Shown: positions 46,870 through 60,950 of the stretch, piece after piece
Layout: every line of letters begins with the position of its first letter
How positions within the stretch are numbered: position 1 is the stretch's first letter
From: Eledone cirrhosa
Lineage: Eukaryota
Length of the DNA stretch: 64,000 nt
Assembly: GCA_964016885.1 (NCBI GenBank)
Contig: OZ024742.1
Coordinates: 53,196,001-53,260,000 of the forward strand
Direction: 5' to 3'
Made by a program: the position numbers and the translations under genes
The notes under the pieces: generated by a model
What the model was told of the DNA's origin: nothing
What the model saw: only the letters and a program-made list of their open reading frames with translations
Databases searched by the model: none

Positions 46870-46998
46870 ACAAAGGAATTGTGGTAAGGAACCAGATGGA
46901 CCATAACGCACCAGAGTACTCAATACTTAGGGTAGTAGAGTGGGAAATAGGAAAAAGTATGACCCCGTCGAAACGGCTTGAGCTCTGCCGTCGGGGTC
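46869..46998 (-). mobile_element. Family D mini-element with inverted half-hammerhead
   Basis: Body homologous to 13890-13988, followed by an inverted GTCGAAACGGC..GCCGTCGGGGTC; lies in (TA)n. Confidence 0.7.
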
Positions 46999-47092
46999 TA
47001 TATATAAATAAATATATTTTCACATATATATATTTTTTTCAATTTAGAAATGGCTTCTACAGGGCTATACTAATTTAAAATAGCATAAGATA

Positions 47093-47131
<39 letters not shown>

Positions 47132-47603
47132 GTTGAGCGGAAAAAATCCCATAAGGATAAGAGTTAAAATGAATAGAGAGCAAGAAAGAATGAATGAAGA
47201 CGAATGAATGAATGAATAAATGAATAAGCAGAGACTGAAATGGAAGGAAAATAAATGAAATTATTCATGAAATTTTAGAGAGAAACTGTAGTTTGATATT
47301 TCATGTGGTGCCGTCCACAAATCTGTGTGTAGTTCCTTATTGTCGATTCTAGGATATTCACTGTCAGCGTAAGGAAACCCAATCAGTCACTTTCACACAC
47401 ACATATGCACGTGCAAACACACACGTACACACACACACACAAATGTAAATACGCCCATGCACGCACACACATGCACACGGGTGCGCGTGCGTGCGTACAC
47501 ATATAAACACACACACATACTCGCGCGCAAATATACAATTTTCTCCTTCCTTATCGTTCCTACTCTCTCTTCATTACTCAATCTCTCTCTCTCACCCTCT
47601 GTT

Positions 47604-47667
<64 letters not shown>

Positions 47668-47706
47668 CATATACTTATATATATATATATATATATATAT
47701 CATATA

Positions 47707-47767
<61 letters not shown>

Positions 47768-48358
47768 TCCTTTGCTTCTCTCCTGCCTACTATCAAGTCT
47801 GTTGCATATTATTGTCTTTCAGTATCACTCTCTCCCCCCTCCCTCTCTTAGTTGGTTCTTCCACATTATCTCCTTTCTCTGTCTCCCAGTTTCGCTTTCT
47901 CTCTCAGTCTACACATTCATTGAGCATATCTATCCTCTTTCGCTTTTCTTCCCAGGCTCTCCCCCACCCTTCAATTTCGATATATCTTCCCACTCTCTCT
48001 CCTTATTGCGGTCGTTCTCTCTCCCGCGCCTACCATATTTCGGCTTTTTCTATTCTCATATCCACCCCTCCCGATCTCTCAATATTGCAGTCGGTTTTTT
48101 TCTCCCCACCCCCGCACAATATTCCCACCTTCTCTTTTCTACCCCTCTCTCTAATTCTTGCAGTCGCTCTTCATATCCTCACCTTCCCCTTCCCTCTACT
48201 GCTAACTGCTCCTTTCTTCAACCCTTACTACCTGACGTTAGTCCGCTAATAATGATGGATTTTACCCAGAGAGGACAGTTGTAGCTTTACACAGCTGCAA
48301 GGGGAGACACGTTTGGAGAGTTAAGGTATGTGGTACTTTATATACTTATATACACATA

Positions 48359-48426
<68 letters not shown>

Positions 48427-48859
48427 TTCATCTTTATGTTTTCTCATACGATGTTCTACACACTTTATATAGGTGTGTATATGTGTGTATAACAGTGTAA
48501 AAGTGTAGGTTTATATTAATATATATATGTATGGTTATGTATTATTTATATCTGTATCTACACTCACACGCACTCACAGATTCTTTAAATACATTTCTGT
48601 GCATTTCCACATTTGTTTTACCTATAATCTTCGATTTGTATGGTACTTTACCCCTATTTTTAACTCCCCCTCTCTCTCTCTCTATATATATATATATGTG
48701 TGTGTGTGTGTATACATATGGGTTTACTCAATAAAAAAGTGTGAAGCCGATGTTTCCTGAGTAAATATGTTTCTCATTGACTATTATTGAAACGCTATAT
48801 ATATATAATATATATTTAATGTGTATATATGTGTGTTTAATTCTACATTCGGATCTCTT

Positions 48860-48915
<56 letters not shown>

Positions 48916-49066
48916 GTGTGTGTGTGTGTACATATGCACCCATAAGGGTGTCATTGGGGTACCATAGTGACATATAACGTGTATTGGACATTTTTAATCT
49001 GAACGAGCCTATGCCCTCTTTAGGTCTGAACACGGTCGATTTTTTTCCAAAGAAGGAGAAAGATAA

Positions 49067-49167
<101 letters not shown>

Positions 49168-49180
49168 AAGAGATATAGAG

Positions 49181-49326
49181 GTAGTATCGACCCTAGTACT
49201 GGACTGGTATTTTTTCATCGACTTCGAAAGGCAAAGTTGACCTCGGCGGGATTTCAACTCTGAGAGCCGGAACAAATACCGCAAAGCATTCTATCCGACG
49301 TTCTAGCGACTCTGCTCATTCGCCGC
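49181..49326 (-). mobile_element. SINE copy
   Basis: Family core, partly deleted. Confidence 0.7.
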
Positions 49327-50221
49327 ATTTGTGTATATACAAATATGCTTGTATGGTTTTACGTTAAAATTAATGTATGTGTTTTTGTTGTTTGATGTAG
49401 TGGTATATCTGTATGGTTTTCTTATTAGGTGTTTTTGTATGTACTTTTTCGAACGATTCCGTAAATATGTTATAGCTATGTATGTGTGTATTTATGTGTA
49501 TGTATACATATATATGTATGTGTATGTATATATGTATGTATATGCATATATATATATATGTGTATATATGAACGTATGTATGCTTATATATGTGGGAATA
49601 ATTTAGAATGTGTAAATGTGTATATATATATATATATGTATATATATATGTATGTATATATATATGTATGTATATATATATGTATGCATATGTATATATA
49701 TTTATGAATGCACGTATGTGCATATCTTATATTTTAAACCAAGCCACTGAATGTACACACACACATATACATACATAATGATTGCTTCATTTTGTCAGAT
49801 CAAAGCCGTCTCATCACCTCAGCCATTCATGCAAGTCTCAACCCTGCCATGTGCAAGGAGGTGACTTTTCAATCTAAGAAAAGATAAGACCAAGACACCA
49901 TTCCCAGTCACTGACAATACTTCAACATAGGACACATTAGCACAGGTAACTGGGGAACCGTGACTGCTCCCGCCTATACTATATCACTTGAGTTGACGAA
50001 ACTATGGAAGTGGTGATATTTCATTGGCGCAAATTCGCGTGACACCCCAGTAGCTGCAGCAGCAAGCCCAATGTCTATATGGTGCCAACAATTTAGAGTC
50101 CTGGTATGCATTGGCTGGAGAGATAGAATTTCAAGTGAAAAGATTGCAAAAAGGACATTTGTACATCATGCATTATAGTGACAAACGCTTGTACAACACA
50201 TGTCACTCTCTAAGTCTTAGT

Positions 50222-50428
50222 GATATTGGCAGAATGAGTAGAGCATCGGACACAATGCTTTGCGATATAGTTATGGCCCTTTACGTTCTGCGTTCAAATC
50301 TTGCTGAGGTTAGCTTTGCCTTTCATCCTTACGGTGTCGATAAAATAAAGTACCAGTAATGCACTGAAGTCGGTTTAATCAAACCCCCCCCCCCCCAAAT
50401 TGCTGGCCTTGTTCCTAAATCAGAAACC
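50222..50428 (+). mobile_element. SINE copy
   Basis: Family core. Confidence 0.75.
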
Positions 50429-51067
50429 ATTATCTCTAGACAAACCGAAGCAAGCCGATCAGTAATTATATAAACTGCATGTTTCACTTCAGAGTTTCCC
50501 TCTCGTAGAAGAATACCCTAGCAATAGCTTAGGGTCCTTCACTCCTAGTGAACTTACTGTGCGCTCTTTCTCAAGGGAGGGGGTGGGGGGTTTATAATTA
50601 GTGGAGTACTAGTAAGATACTGGGTGAGTCGATTCAATCAACTTCGATTAATTTTGTCTGCGTTCGTTGAACTCCGCCCCACCCTCCGTCTCCAGTTGAA
50701 AAAATTGTTATCATCAGCATTGTTTTGCCGATGACTGGGTCTTTGATTTGTCGATCGTGCATTTGATTTCTTGTAATAAACTCTGTCAAATCCCCATCTC
50801 CACCCTATCGCATATAAAATTACACTTTTTGTTTGTTTATTGTAATTGCTTTGATTTCCCTGTCCGGAATAGTAAGATATTGTGACTAGAAGGTGTCAGT
50901 AGCTCAACAAATCGATAAATATGTGTGCGATTGATTGATTAAATAAGAAGCAGAGAGAGAGATTTCAAACCCTTGTTACTAAACTCTCTGAAACCACCTC
51001 TGGTTCTAAGATACAAAACTGTTTGTTTAAAATTGTTTATATTTAACACTTTGTTAAGTTATGTTTC

Positions 51068-51513
51068 ATACACACTTGCACCTCTCTAAGACAATGTCAC
51101 TGGACCGAGATCTTTGGCGCTACGCAGTAATACAGAAGATCCACCTTGCTTATGTACAAAGTGAAACCTACAGTCAGTAGGCACCTCTTACCAAATATAC
51201 ACCCCAATCCACTACCCCTACTCTATCCTCCCACTAACATCACCCTCTCTCTGTAAAGTTGGTACCACAACATTCAGTCTAAATAAATGAGATAATGAGA
51301 TCGAGATCGTGTAGGTGTCATGACAAAAAACACACAGTCCACGCTGTAATGTGGTTGTGTAGGTAACACGGTAAAAAGTTCCCAGTTCCACACTGTAAAT
51401 GTGGTTGGTGTTAGTAATGGCATCCAGCCGTAGAAAACCTGCCAGATAGTCCTATATGAGTGGGACAACTCCCGTCTAACCCATGCTATCGTGGAAGATG
51501 GACGTTAAACGAA

Positions 51514-51553
<40 letters not shown>
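51068..51553 (+). mobile_element. 5'-truncated copy of the 40520-42052 LINE 3' end
   Basis: Aligns with about 41585-42052, including the (GAT)n tail. Confidence 0.85.
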
Positions 51554-51555
<2 letters not shown>

Positions 51556-51846
51556 ATCAGCCTTATAATGAAAAAGTTAGTTATAATTCTAAATTTTCCA
51601 AATTCTTGATTATTTTCAAAATGATTTGAAATACATAGTCAATGTCTTGCATTAAAATATGGTAAAGAAATGGTTAAAGTATTTATATTTATCTAAAATC
51701 CTGCTATTATAATTTTATGTAAGAACCTTTGTTATATTTCAAACACAAATTTAATCTTGAGAGAGTTAGTTATATTGGTAAATCTTTCCAAATTCTAGAT
51801 TATTTTCAAAATGATTTGCTATACATAAGCAATGGTCTTGCATTAA

Positions 51847-52067
51847 CCCTTTAGCATTTACATCATTCAATATTTACTATTGTATTTTCATAGTAAACAG
51901 TTTATTGCACATAATTATCTCACATAATATTGAATCTACAAAATGTTGATATTATTTATTTTGAGAATAATACCTTAACATAAGTATGAGCAGCGGGTTA
52001 CGACTGCTTTAAACAGAAAGAGGTGAGAGAATTCTGGCTGGATATGGCCGGTTTAAATGGTAAAGGG
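51847..52067. mobile_element. piggyBac-type MITE
   Basis: TTAA|CCCTTTAGCATTTA ... TAAATGGTAAAGGG|TTAA. Confidence 0.75.
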
Positions 52068-52904
52068 TTAAAAACTATAGTCACAAAATGTTTAATGAGA
52101 AATGAGGGAGAAAATGGTTAGGAAAACAATAGATCTATCAACTCATTGGTTGTGAGTTTGAATCTCATTGAAAACATATACCTTGGGTCTGTTATGGCAC
52201 AACTTGTTTTTCTTCTACTTAAAACCTGCCTAGAATTGAATAAATACGAGTCTAAATTTCCAAATTAAATGTATTTGCAAATACAATTGATTCATGCTGC
52301 TACAAAGATGAAAATAGCAGTGTATATGATGTGTGTATGTGCTGTGTGTATGTATGTATGTGATGTATGTATGCATGAATGAATGTATGTATGCATACAT
52401 GCATGGATGTGTGTGTATGTACGTATGCATGCATGTATAAACACGTGTATGCATGTATATATAGATGTATATGTGTTTATACGTGTATGCATGTGTGCAT
52501 ACACACATACACATATCAACACAACCACTAATATCAACACCAGTACCACCCCCTTCATTCAACTCTTCCAATATGATCAACACCACCAGCACCATCAACA
52601 CTATCAGCACCTTCTCCACCACCATCGATTCCACCAGCAACCCAACCACCATCATCATCACCACCACAAACATCACCACTAACACTACCAACATTACCAC
52701 CACCACTACCATCAGCATCACCATCACCACCACTGACACCACAACAGTCCAAATTTTTCCTGGTAGTCTGCCTGACTATACCATTCCGTATCATTTCCTG
52801 TTGAAGAATGTAGCTGGAGTTAGATTATATATTTCAATATTGTCACCTTCCAGCACTGGCAACATTGTAGTTATACTACTGTACACATTGTGCAAGAAGC
52901 ACTG

Positions 52905-53520
52905 CAACCCCACACCACACCACACCACACTACACTACATGACACTACACTACACTACACTACACTAAACTACACCATACCACACCACATCACACCTCAC
53001 AACACCACACAATACCCCACAACATTACACCACACTACACCAAACCACACTACAACACACTACAACACACTACACCATATCTCACTACACCACACTACAC
53101 TAGACGATATTACACCTCACTACACCACACTACAACACACCACACTACATTACATTGTAGTACATTACACCACACCACACCATACTACACCACATGGCAC
53201 ATCACACTGCACCATATCACACCATACCATACCACACAACACCATACTGCACCACATGGCACAACATCACACCACACAACAACACATCATACCACACCAC
53301 ACCACACTATGCCACACATTACACTACATAACACTACCATAGACCAGACCACACCACACTACACCACATCACACCACACTATGCCACACCACACTCCACC
53401 ACCTCACACTACACAGCATGACACCACACTACACTACATCAAACCATGCCACTCTACACAACACCACACCACTGTACACCACACCATGTGACACTACGTC
53501 CCACCACACTACACCACAGC
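52905..53520. repeat. Degenerate pentanucleotide (CACAC/CACTA) repeat
   Basis: Direct reading. Confidence 0.85.
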
Positions 53521-53631
53521 ACAAGCATATGCTTATCACAACGGTGGTGATGGCCAAGGTGGTGGTGAAGATAATATCCTAGCCATGTTTATAAGCTCAC
53601 ACACACACACACATTCACTCATATATATCCA

Positions 53632-53837
53632 TATGTAGCTGACGGACAAGAGAAAAGAGTACTCAGTACCAAAGTGGTGTTTAAATATTCATTTAATATG
53701 GCTAAATCGTGAGTCTTGTTACTCTGGAGTTTCACCTGCTCTCTCTCACATGGTCATCATCAAATGTTGACCCTGTGAGCAAGCAGGTGAAACTCCAGAG
53801 TAACAAGACTCACTATTTAGCCATATTAAATGAATAT
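53632..53837. mobile_element. Family E fold-back mini-element with half-hammerhead
   Basis: Arms about 53685-53740 and 53782-53837; each reads GCAGGT-GAAA-CTCCAGAG-TA-ACAAG. Confidence 0.65.
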
Positions 53838-54014
53838 GTATGTATATATATATATATATGTGCACATAAAACCTTGTTGAATGAATGTGTATGCATGTTT
53901 ATCTACTTGTGTGTGTGACATGTCTGTTTCTCATTGTGTGAAAGAATCTTTTTTTACCATCTATGTGATATATATATATATATGTGTGTGTGTGTATGTG
54001 TCTAACTATGATTA

Positions 54015-54063
<49 letters not shown>

Positions 54064-54116
54064 GCATTGATAGATCCATGCATATACACACATGTGCATA
54101 TATATGTATATGCATA

Positions 54117-54159
<43 letters not shown>

Positions 54160-54504
54160 GCAAAGATGCATCTATGTGTGTATCAAAAGTATGTTTATAT
54201 CTTTGTGTAATGTATAAATATATATAGCTGCACATACAGTTGTACTTGTATTATTTTATGTCATTGCAGTCTACAGTGCATGCCGTAAGCACATGTGAGA
54301 GAAGGTGTATACTGCATCTGTGGTGTGGCTAATTGCAGTATACAGTGTGTGCAGCAAGCACATGTGAGAGAAGGTGTATACTGCTGCGGTAGTTTAGCTA
54401 TAAATAGCAACAGTTGACAATGTTTTACTGTGTAAGGATGACAACAACACTGAAATATAGAGATGAACTGTACAGTACATATGTCTGGATGAACTAGTTG
54501 TAGA

Positions 54505-54890
54505 CTGATGTGGTGATGGATGGTTAGATGGAGGATGGTTAGATGGAGGATGGTTGGATAGATGGTTAGATGGTTGGCTGGTTAGATGGATGGATGGCTA
54601 TTTAGATAGATGGTTGGGCAGAGAGCTGGTTAGGTATATAGATGGTTAGATGGGTTGATGGCTAGATACATAGATAATTAGATAGATGGATTGTTAGATG
54701 GACAGATGGATGGTACATAGTTAGATGGAGGTATGGTTAACTGGAGGGAAGAATGTTTAAATGCATGGATGGAGGAATGGTTAATTAAATGGAGGGATGG
54801 TTAGATGGAGGGATATATGGTTAGATGGATGGATGGGCAGACAACTGGTTAGATAGATAGATGGATAGACTGATATGTAGATGAATAAAC
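54505..54890. repeat. Degenerate (GATG)/(GGTTAGATG) repeat
   Basis: Direct reading. Confidence 0.8.
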
Positions 54891-55050
54891 AACTAGAGAA
54901 ATAATATAGACTGCCAGATGGTTTCAGAGAGTTTTAAAACAGTATTTGTTCTGGATGTCTGTATGCTCAGTTTTCAAACCCTGCTGTTGTTCCTACATAC
55001 ACTATTGAAGACCATTCAACTGATTGGTGAAGATTTAGTTTACCAACATG

Positions 55051-55244
55051 CAGGGCTGGATTAACAGTTAAGCAAAATAAACACATGCTTGGGGCATCAA
55101 GAGAAGAAGGGCAGCATTATATTCAAATTAAACATATTTCTCATTCCCAACATATATTTTTTGCAGAGTGTGTGTGCGTGGGGGGGGGGGGGGATCATTA
55201 TCTTTTAAGTGGTTCCAATCTGAAAAGGACTTAATCCAGCCCTG
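55051..55244. mobile_element. hAT-type MITE
   Basis: 14-bp TIRs CAGGGCTGGATTAA/TTAATCCAGCCCTG; imperfect 8-bp TSD CCAACATG/ACAACATC. Confidence 0.72.
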
Positions 55245-55804
55245 ACAACATCAAGCTGTAAACATTACTACAAAGATGCAGTATATCTTTACTATATATC
55301 TTTTGGTGTTACGACAATAGTCTCTGCTCCTTTGACCTAAATATTACTACAACCATCCCTTGCAATTGAGTATGACTTAGTACAATGTGCCATGATTTCA
55401 TTAAAGGTTTTAGGTGCCCATGTAGTCATGAGCAGTCACAGACATCTTCTTGAGCTCTACTTCTTAGATCCAGCATAATATCTAAGATGTACCAGCTGGA
55501 GGGAGAGAGAGGGCTGTACCAGCACTGGGCTGGTGTTTTCATTGTTAACCCCGAAAAAATGCTTTAATGACCCTGCTCTGATTTAGCTAGTAGCATACCA
55601 TTTTCACCTTAGGTCATCCTTGACACACCCATGTTTTCTCATTTTCCCCCCTCTTACTATGCCTAACTTCCTCAATTCAGCACTAAACTCTTTGTACAAT
55701 CCTTTTCTCTCACAGTAATCTATCACTCTGGAATTCACACCCGGCCAATATTTTCCTGTATAGATCTCCCTAACTTTAAAATGTCTATGATAATCTTGGA
55801 ATGA

Positions 55805-56162
55805 TAACTGTGTAGTTCCAGATTAATGCTGATCAAACTGAGCTTTAGCATACAAATCATGAGTTGGTCAACTCTGATCTACAGATCTGTATAGTTCAAG
55901 ATCAGTGCTAATCAAACTGAGCTATAGCATACAAATCATGTGTTGAGGAACAGTATGTGATCTACAGATCTGTGTAGTTCCAGATCAGTGTTGATCAAAC
56001 TGAGCTATAGGATACAAATCATGGATTGAGCAACAGTATCTGACTTGTAGATCTGTATAGTTCAAGATCAGTGTTGGTCTAACTGAGCTATAGCATACAA
56101 ATTATGTGTTGAGTAACAGTATGTGATCTACAGATCTGTGTAGTTCCACATCAGTGCTGACC
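55805..56162. repeat. Tandem repeat, unit about 80 bp, about 4.5 copies
   Basis: Recurrent AGATCTGTGTAGTTCCAGATCAGTG..AAACTGAGCTATAGCATACAAATCATG. Confidence 0.85.
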
Positions 56163-56397
56163 TAGTAGAGATATAAACCTTTTGTTGAACAACTATGCAT
56201 GATCCTCAGATCTAGTTTTTCAGATATGCAATGTCTCTTTCTAAAAAATTCCATGTTTTCTGTTATGACTGTAGTGTCTGGTGTGTTTTTCATTGTGGTT
56301 ATTGTTATTTTTGTGTTTGTTGATATTGTGGTTGTTAGTTACTGTTGTAATTGTTGTTTGTTGTTTTTATTATTAATGTGGATTGATGTGGATTAAG

Positions 56398-56808
56398 GGC
56401 AGTGGATTGGCAGTATTGGTAGAGGGTCGGATGCCATGCTTTGCAGCAAAGAGTTATAGCCCTTTATGGTCTGAGTTCAAATCTCGCTGAGGTTAACTTT
56501 GCCTTTCATCCTTACGGGGTCGATAAAAAAGGTACCAGTAATACACTGGAATAATTGCTGGCCTTGTGCCATTAGTAGAAACAATTATTAATTTGGATTG
56601 GCAGTATTGGTAGGGCGCCGGACAACATGTTGTGTAGAATAGAGTTACGTCCCTTTACGTTCTGAGTTCAAATAACACCAAGGTTAACTTTGCCTTTCAT
56701 CTTTGTGGGCTCGATAAAATAAAGTACCAGTAATGCACTGGGGTTGATTTAATCGACTTTCTCCCCTCCCCTTCCAATTGTAAGGCCTTGTGCTTAAAGT
56801 AGAAACAG
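56398..56808 (+). mobile_element. Two tandem SINE copies (56398-56584, 56594-56808)
   Basis: Family core twice, with several CpG>TpG/CpA changes. Confidence 0.82.
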
Positions 56809-58274
56809 TTATTGATGTGGTCATTATGGTTGTAGTTGTTGTTGTTCTGTTTGCTGTGTTTATTACTGTTGTGGTTGTTGTAGCTGTTGTTGCATATTTT
56901 GTGTTTGTTACTGTTGTGAATATTGTTTGTTACTGTTGTAACTGTTTGTGGTTGTGATTGTTGTGTTTATTGATGTTATTATTGTTGTTGCTGTTGTGTT
57001 TGTTGTGGTTGTTATTGAGTTTGTCACTGTTGTTATTGTTGTTGTGTTGGTTATCGTTATTACTGTTGTTACTATTGTGGTTGTTGTTGTTCCTGTATAT
57101 ATTGTATTTGTTATGGATGTTATATGTTGTGTTTATCCATGTGGTCAAGTCATTGTTGTAGTATTCTATCTATTACAGTAAAGTAGCGTTGTTTGCTGAA
57201 GTCATCATAATAGGTCACATATTTACACAACATATCATCACATTGTGCACTAGTGATGCAGCTGCAGCAATCATGTGCAGACAGTGATGCTGCAACACAT
57301 ACATCAAAGCTAGTAACATTACCAAATATTGGTGAGTGTGTAATAATTTATCGTAGATCCAATCTTATTGCTATATAGTAGGGAGGTGAGGAAGGAGGGG
57401 ATGATTTGATATAGTCTCTCTCATTAGGAGTAAATGAATAAAGCAATATACACACACACACACATACACACACTCACTACACATGCACCACATACACACA
57501 CTCCACACATACACGCTACACACACATAGGCTACACATACAGTACACACATACGCGCTACAGACACATAGGCTACACATACAGTACACACATACGCGCTA
57601 CAGACACATAGGCTACACATACACTACACATGCTTCACACACACTTACACGCCACACTACATGCACACACACTACATATATACACACACACACACACACA
57701 TAGTACACACACAAACACCACACACACAAACACACCACATGCAGAGCAATTATGCGACATAGCGGTATAACATATGTAACAAGTGTACAGCATGACAATA
57801 TCACATAAATAACAATTATATATAGTGTTGGTATCAAATTTATAAGAATGATATATCATAGTGGTTTTATAACATATGATATATATATATAACATGACGA
57901 TATCATACTTTGTCTTAAGGATATTGGATGATAGTGCTTAGCAAGGGAAACAGAAAACAGATGTTTAATGATGATATATATATACATATATATATGTATA
58001 TATACTTGCATGTGTGTGTGTATGCATTTGAATACAAGATGTTTCTAACATGGAAATATCACATATATAACAAGTATATGATCAGCTTAAATCATATATA
58101 TCATTTAGACTCATTTTAACTATGTTTAATGGAAGTTACTAATGGCACTGAAGTTTTGAGAAGTTTTCTAGTATACTTACTCCATAGATAAATGTGACTT
58201 TCTTTTCAATAAGCCACTAAAATATAATAACGAGTTAAGAGATTTTGTTTGCTGTCTGTTCAAGAGATGGAGTG

Positions 58275-59787
58275 TAATAAGGAGGGTGTTAAGCTGGAAT
58301 CTGACTTCAGATTAGCAAATAAAGTGTTCTGGCAGACCATCCGCCAACTTCGTGATAAGAAATCCTCCTCCACACATGCTATCAAGAACGCATCTAGAGA
58401 TCTCCTCTCTTCAGAGAGGTGCATCCTTGCTAGGTGGAGAGAATACTTTGCTGATCTCCTAAACCCAATCACAACAACATCTTCTGATGTACACAAAGTG
58501 CATCTGGGAGTGATGACTAATCTCTGAGGTAACAGAGATAACAAGAGCAGTTAAAGAGCTCAAATATGGCAAGGCCACTGGGGAGGATGAAATTCTGCCT
58601 GAGATGATAAAAGCCTTAAATAGAGAAGGTATTCTCTGGCCTACTTATGTGTGCTGGGTGGCCTGGATCTCTGGAAAGACACCTAAACAATGGCAATTGG
58701 GAGTGATAATCCCAATTTTCAAAAAGGGAGAGAAAAGAGATTGATCCAATTGCAGAGGGATGTCCTTGTTAAGCCTCCCCGGTAAAGTATATGCAAAGTG
58801 TCTGGCAAAGAGATGCAGGTAGATTGTTGAGCCCAAGCTAGCTGATAAACAGTGTGGTTTTTGCCCTGGATGCTGCACAGCCAACCAAATAATCACACTG
58901 TGGCACATCTTTGAGAAATTGTGGGATTATTGCCAGGAGGTATATTCTTGTTTTGTAGTCCTTGAAAAAGCATATGACCGCATTCCTCAGGACCTGCTGT
59001 GGAATTTCTGGGATTGATGGTCAGCTCTTTGTTGCCTGATGTCTCTACATGAATGCTCGAGTATTTATCATCATCATCTTCGTTTAACGTCTGTTTTCCA
59101 CGCTAGCATGGGTTAAATGGTACTAAATCAAAACCATTCAACATGGAGTCTAATTTCACCAAGGGTGCATACTATCACCTCTCCTGATCATTATTTTCAT
59201 GAACAGGATTGACATGCTCATCTGGGTTGGGAGTGGTATCATGACTGGTAAGTGTAAAAATCAGTTGCCTGGAATTTGCATATGACATGGTGTTACTTAA
59301 CTCGACAGAAAGGGATCTTCTACATGTACTTGATAGCTTTGATGCCAAGTGTTGCATGGCAGAAATGAAAATCAATGCTGCGAAAACTGAGACACTCGTC
59401 CTCTCAAGGAAGCCTGCGCAGTGCACTCTATATGTAAATGGAATTCCACTGAAGCAGGTAGAGAAGTTCAAGCATCTTGGGACAGTTTTCATAAGTGATG
59501 GAAGGCAGGAGGCTGAATTAAGTGCAAGAATTGCAGGAGTTGGTGCTCAGCAAAGAATAGTTGGCTAGATTTTACGGGCAAAAACCAACTAGCAAGAGAC
59601 CCAGGGTCCGATCCCGAACAAGATGGTTGGATAACATTCATGAGCTTGGCTGGACTCACATGGGGATCCAGTTGGATCAGTTGGAGATAGTTGCTTCTGA
59701 CAGGACTCGCTGGAAGGAGTGTTGATGGACTCTGCCCCCACGACCCTCTAAGGGATTAATGGGTGAAGAAGGAGGAGAAGAAGAATA
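58275..59787 (+). mobile_element. Expander/Rex3-like RTE LINE, degraded
   Basis: GKATGEDEILPEMIK, IIPIFKKG, SLLSLPGKVYAK, LEKAYDRIP, QVEKFKHLG; (GAA)n tail. Confidence 0.82.
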
Positions 59788-59827
59788 ACAGATCGAGTGA
59801 GGGAGTGACAGTGAAAAGGAATGACTT

Positions 59828-60070
59828 CTTCATCATTTTAAATCCATTTTTCCATGCTTGCATGGGTTGGACAGGTTCTTTCCAGCACAGCATCTCTCCA
59901 CTAGCGCAATCCGTCATCATCCCAGCTGTGAGATTGTGATGTGAGATCAGCTCTCACAACCTCTTCCCAGGTCTTCCTTGGCCTCCCTGTACTGCAACAT
60001 TCCACTGGGATTTCTTGGCACTTCTTCATCGATTGATCACAATCCATATACATTACATGACCATGTGAGT
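59828..60070 (-). mobile_element. Old RTE-type LINE 3' fragment
   Basis: GHVM..GRPRKTWEEVVRADL, plus the shared CCCATGC..ATGGAAAAATGGA tail. Confidence 0.6.
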
Positions 60071-60249
60071 GAAAGAATGGTTTTATCACACTGCAAATGG
60101 GAAGAGAGAGTTAAGGAATGAAAATGAGCATTGGTTTGAGTTAGAGGTTAGGTTTATGTTGTTTTAATTCTTAACATCCTATAGCATATGAAAACACGTT
60201 AACAAGATATTGTTGAAAAGTACAAACAACACAATAGCTGCATCATATA

Positions 60250-60950
60250 AAATATTAAAGTCTTTACTTTAGTTTACGGCAAATATTCACAATGATCTGT
60301 CCGTTAGTAATACGTTTGAATTAACAAACCTATTTTTAGATATTTTCTGTTGAATCATTACAGGATGTTAGTGTTAATGCTGCACATATCTACAATTATA
60401 TATTCAATGGTAAAGATACTAAAAATGTATGAATTAAGAAAACTATTTTAAGATATTTTACACTAAATCATTGCAGAATATTAAAGTGTTAATACTGCAA
60501 TTTTCACAATGATTTGTTCATTTGTAAATATGCTATAAACATTTGAATTAACACACTTGTTTTTAGATATTTTCCACAGAATCATTGCAGGATTTTAAAG
60601 AGTTAAAAAAAATCCGCAAATTTTCACAAACATCTGTAGGCATTTGAATTAACAAGCCTAAATAATAAAGAGACTGTAGGCATTTGAATTAACAAGCCTA
60701 TTTTTAGATATCTTCTGTTGAATCATAGCAGAATATTAGGGTTAATAAAGCAAATTTTCACAATGATCTGTCCACCAGTAAATATACTATATACATTTGA
60801 ATTAACAAACCTTTTTTTAGATATTTTCTTCTGAATCATAACAAAATGTTAGGATTAATAAAGCAAATTTTCATGATATATCGACCAGTAAAGATACTAG
60901 ATACATTTGAATTAACACCCACTTTTAGATATTTTCTACTGAATCATAGC
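60250..60950. repeat. Degenerate AT-rich tandem repeat, unit about 120 bp
   Basis: Recurrent ATTTGAATTAACA..TTTTAGATATTTTC..GAATCAT..GCAAATTTTCACAATGATCTG. Confidence 0.75.

Noticed and set aside
47457-48284. 275-aa and 252-aa ORFs
   Set aside because: Composed of microsatellites and pyrimidine-rich low-complexity sequence, with no recognisable domain.
52720-52800. Tetraspanin-like 'NLDCCGVSG' on the minus strand
   Set aside because: It runs into a (GTG)n-rich repeat that readily yields C/G/V codons, needs a frameshift, and no other tetraspanin exons were found.
55805-56162. Regularly spaced repeats here and at 23010-23345 and 60250-60950 as CRISPR-like arrays
   Set aside because: Whole units repeat with no unique spacers, no cas genes are present, and the context is eukaryotic. 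They are minisatellites.
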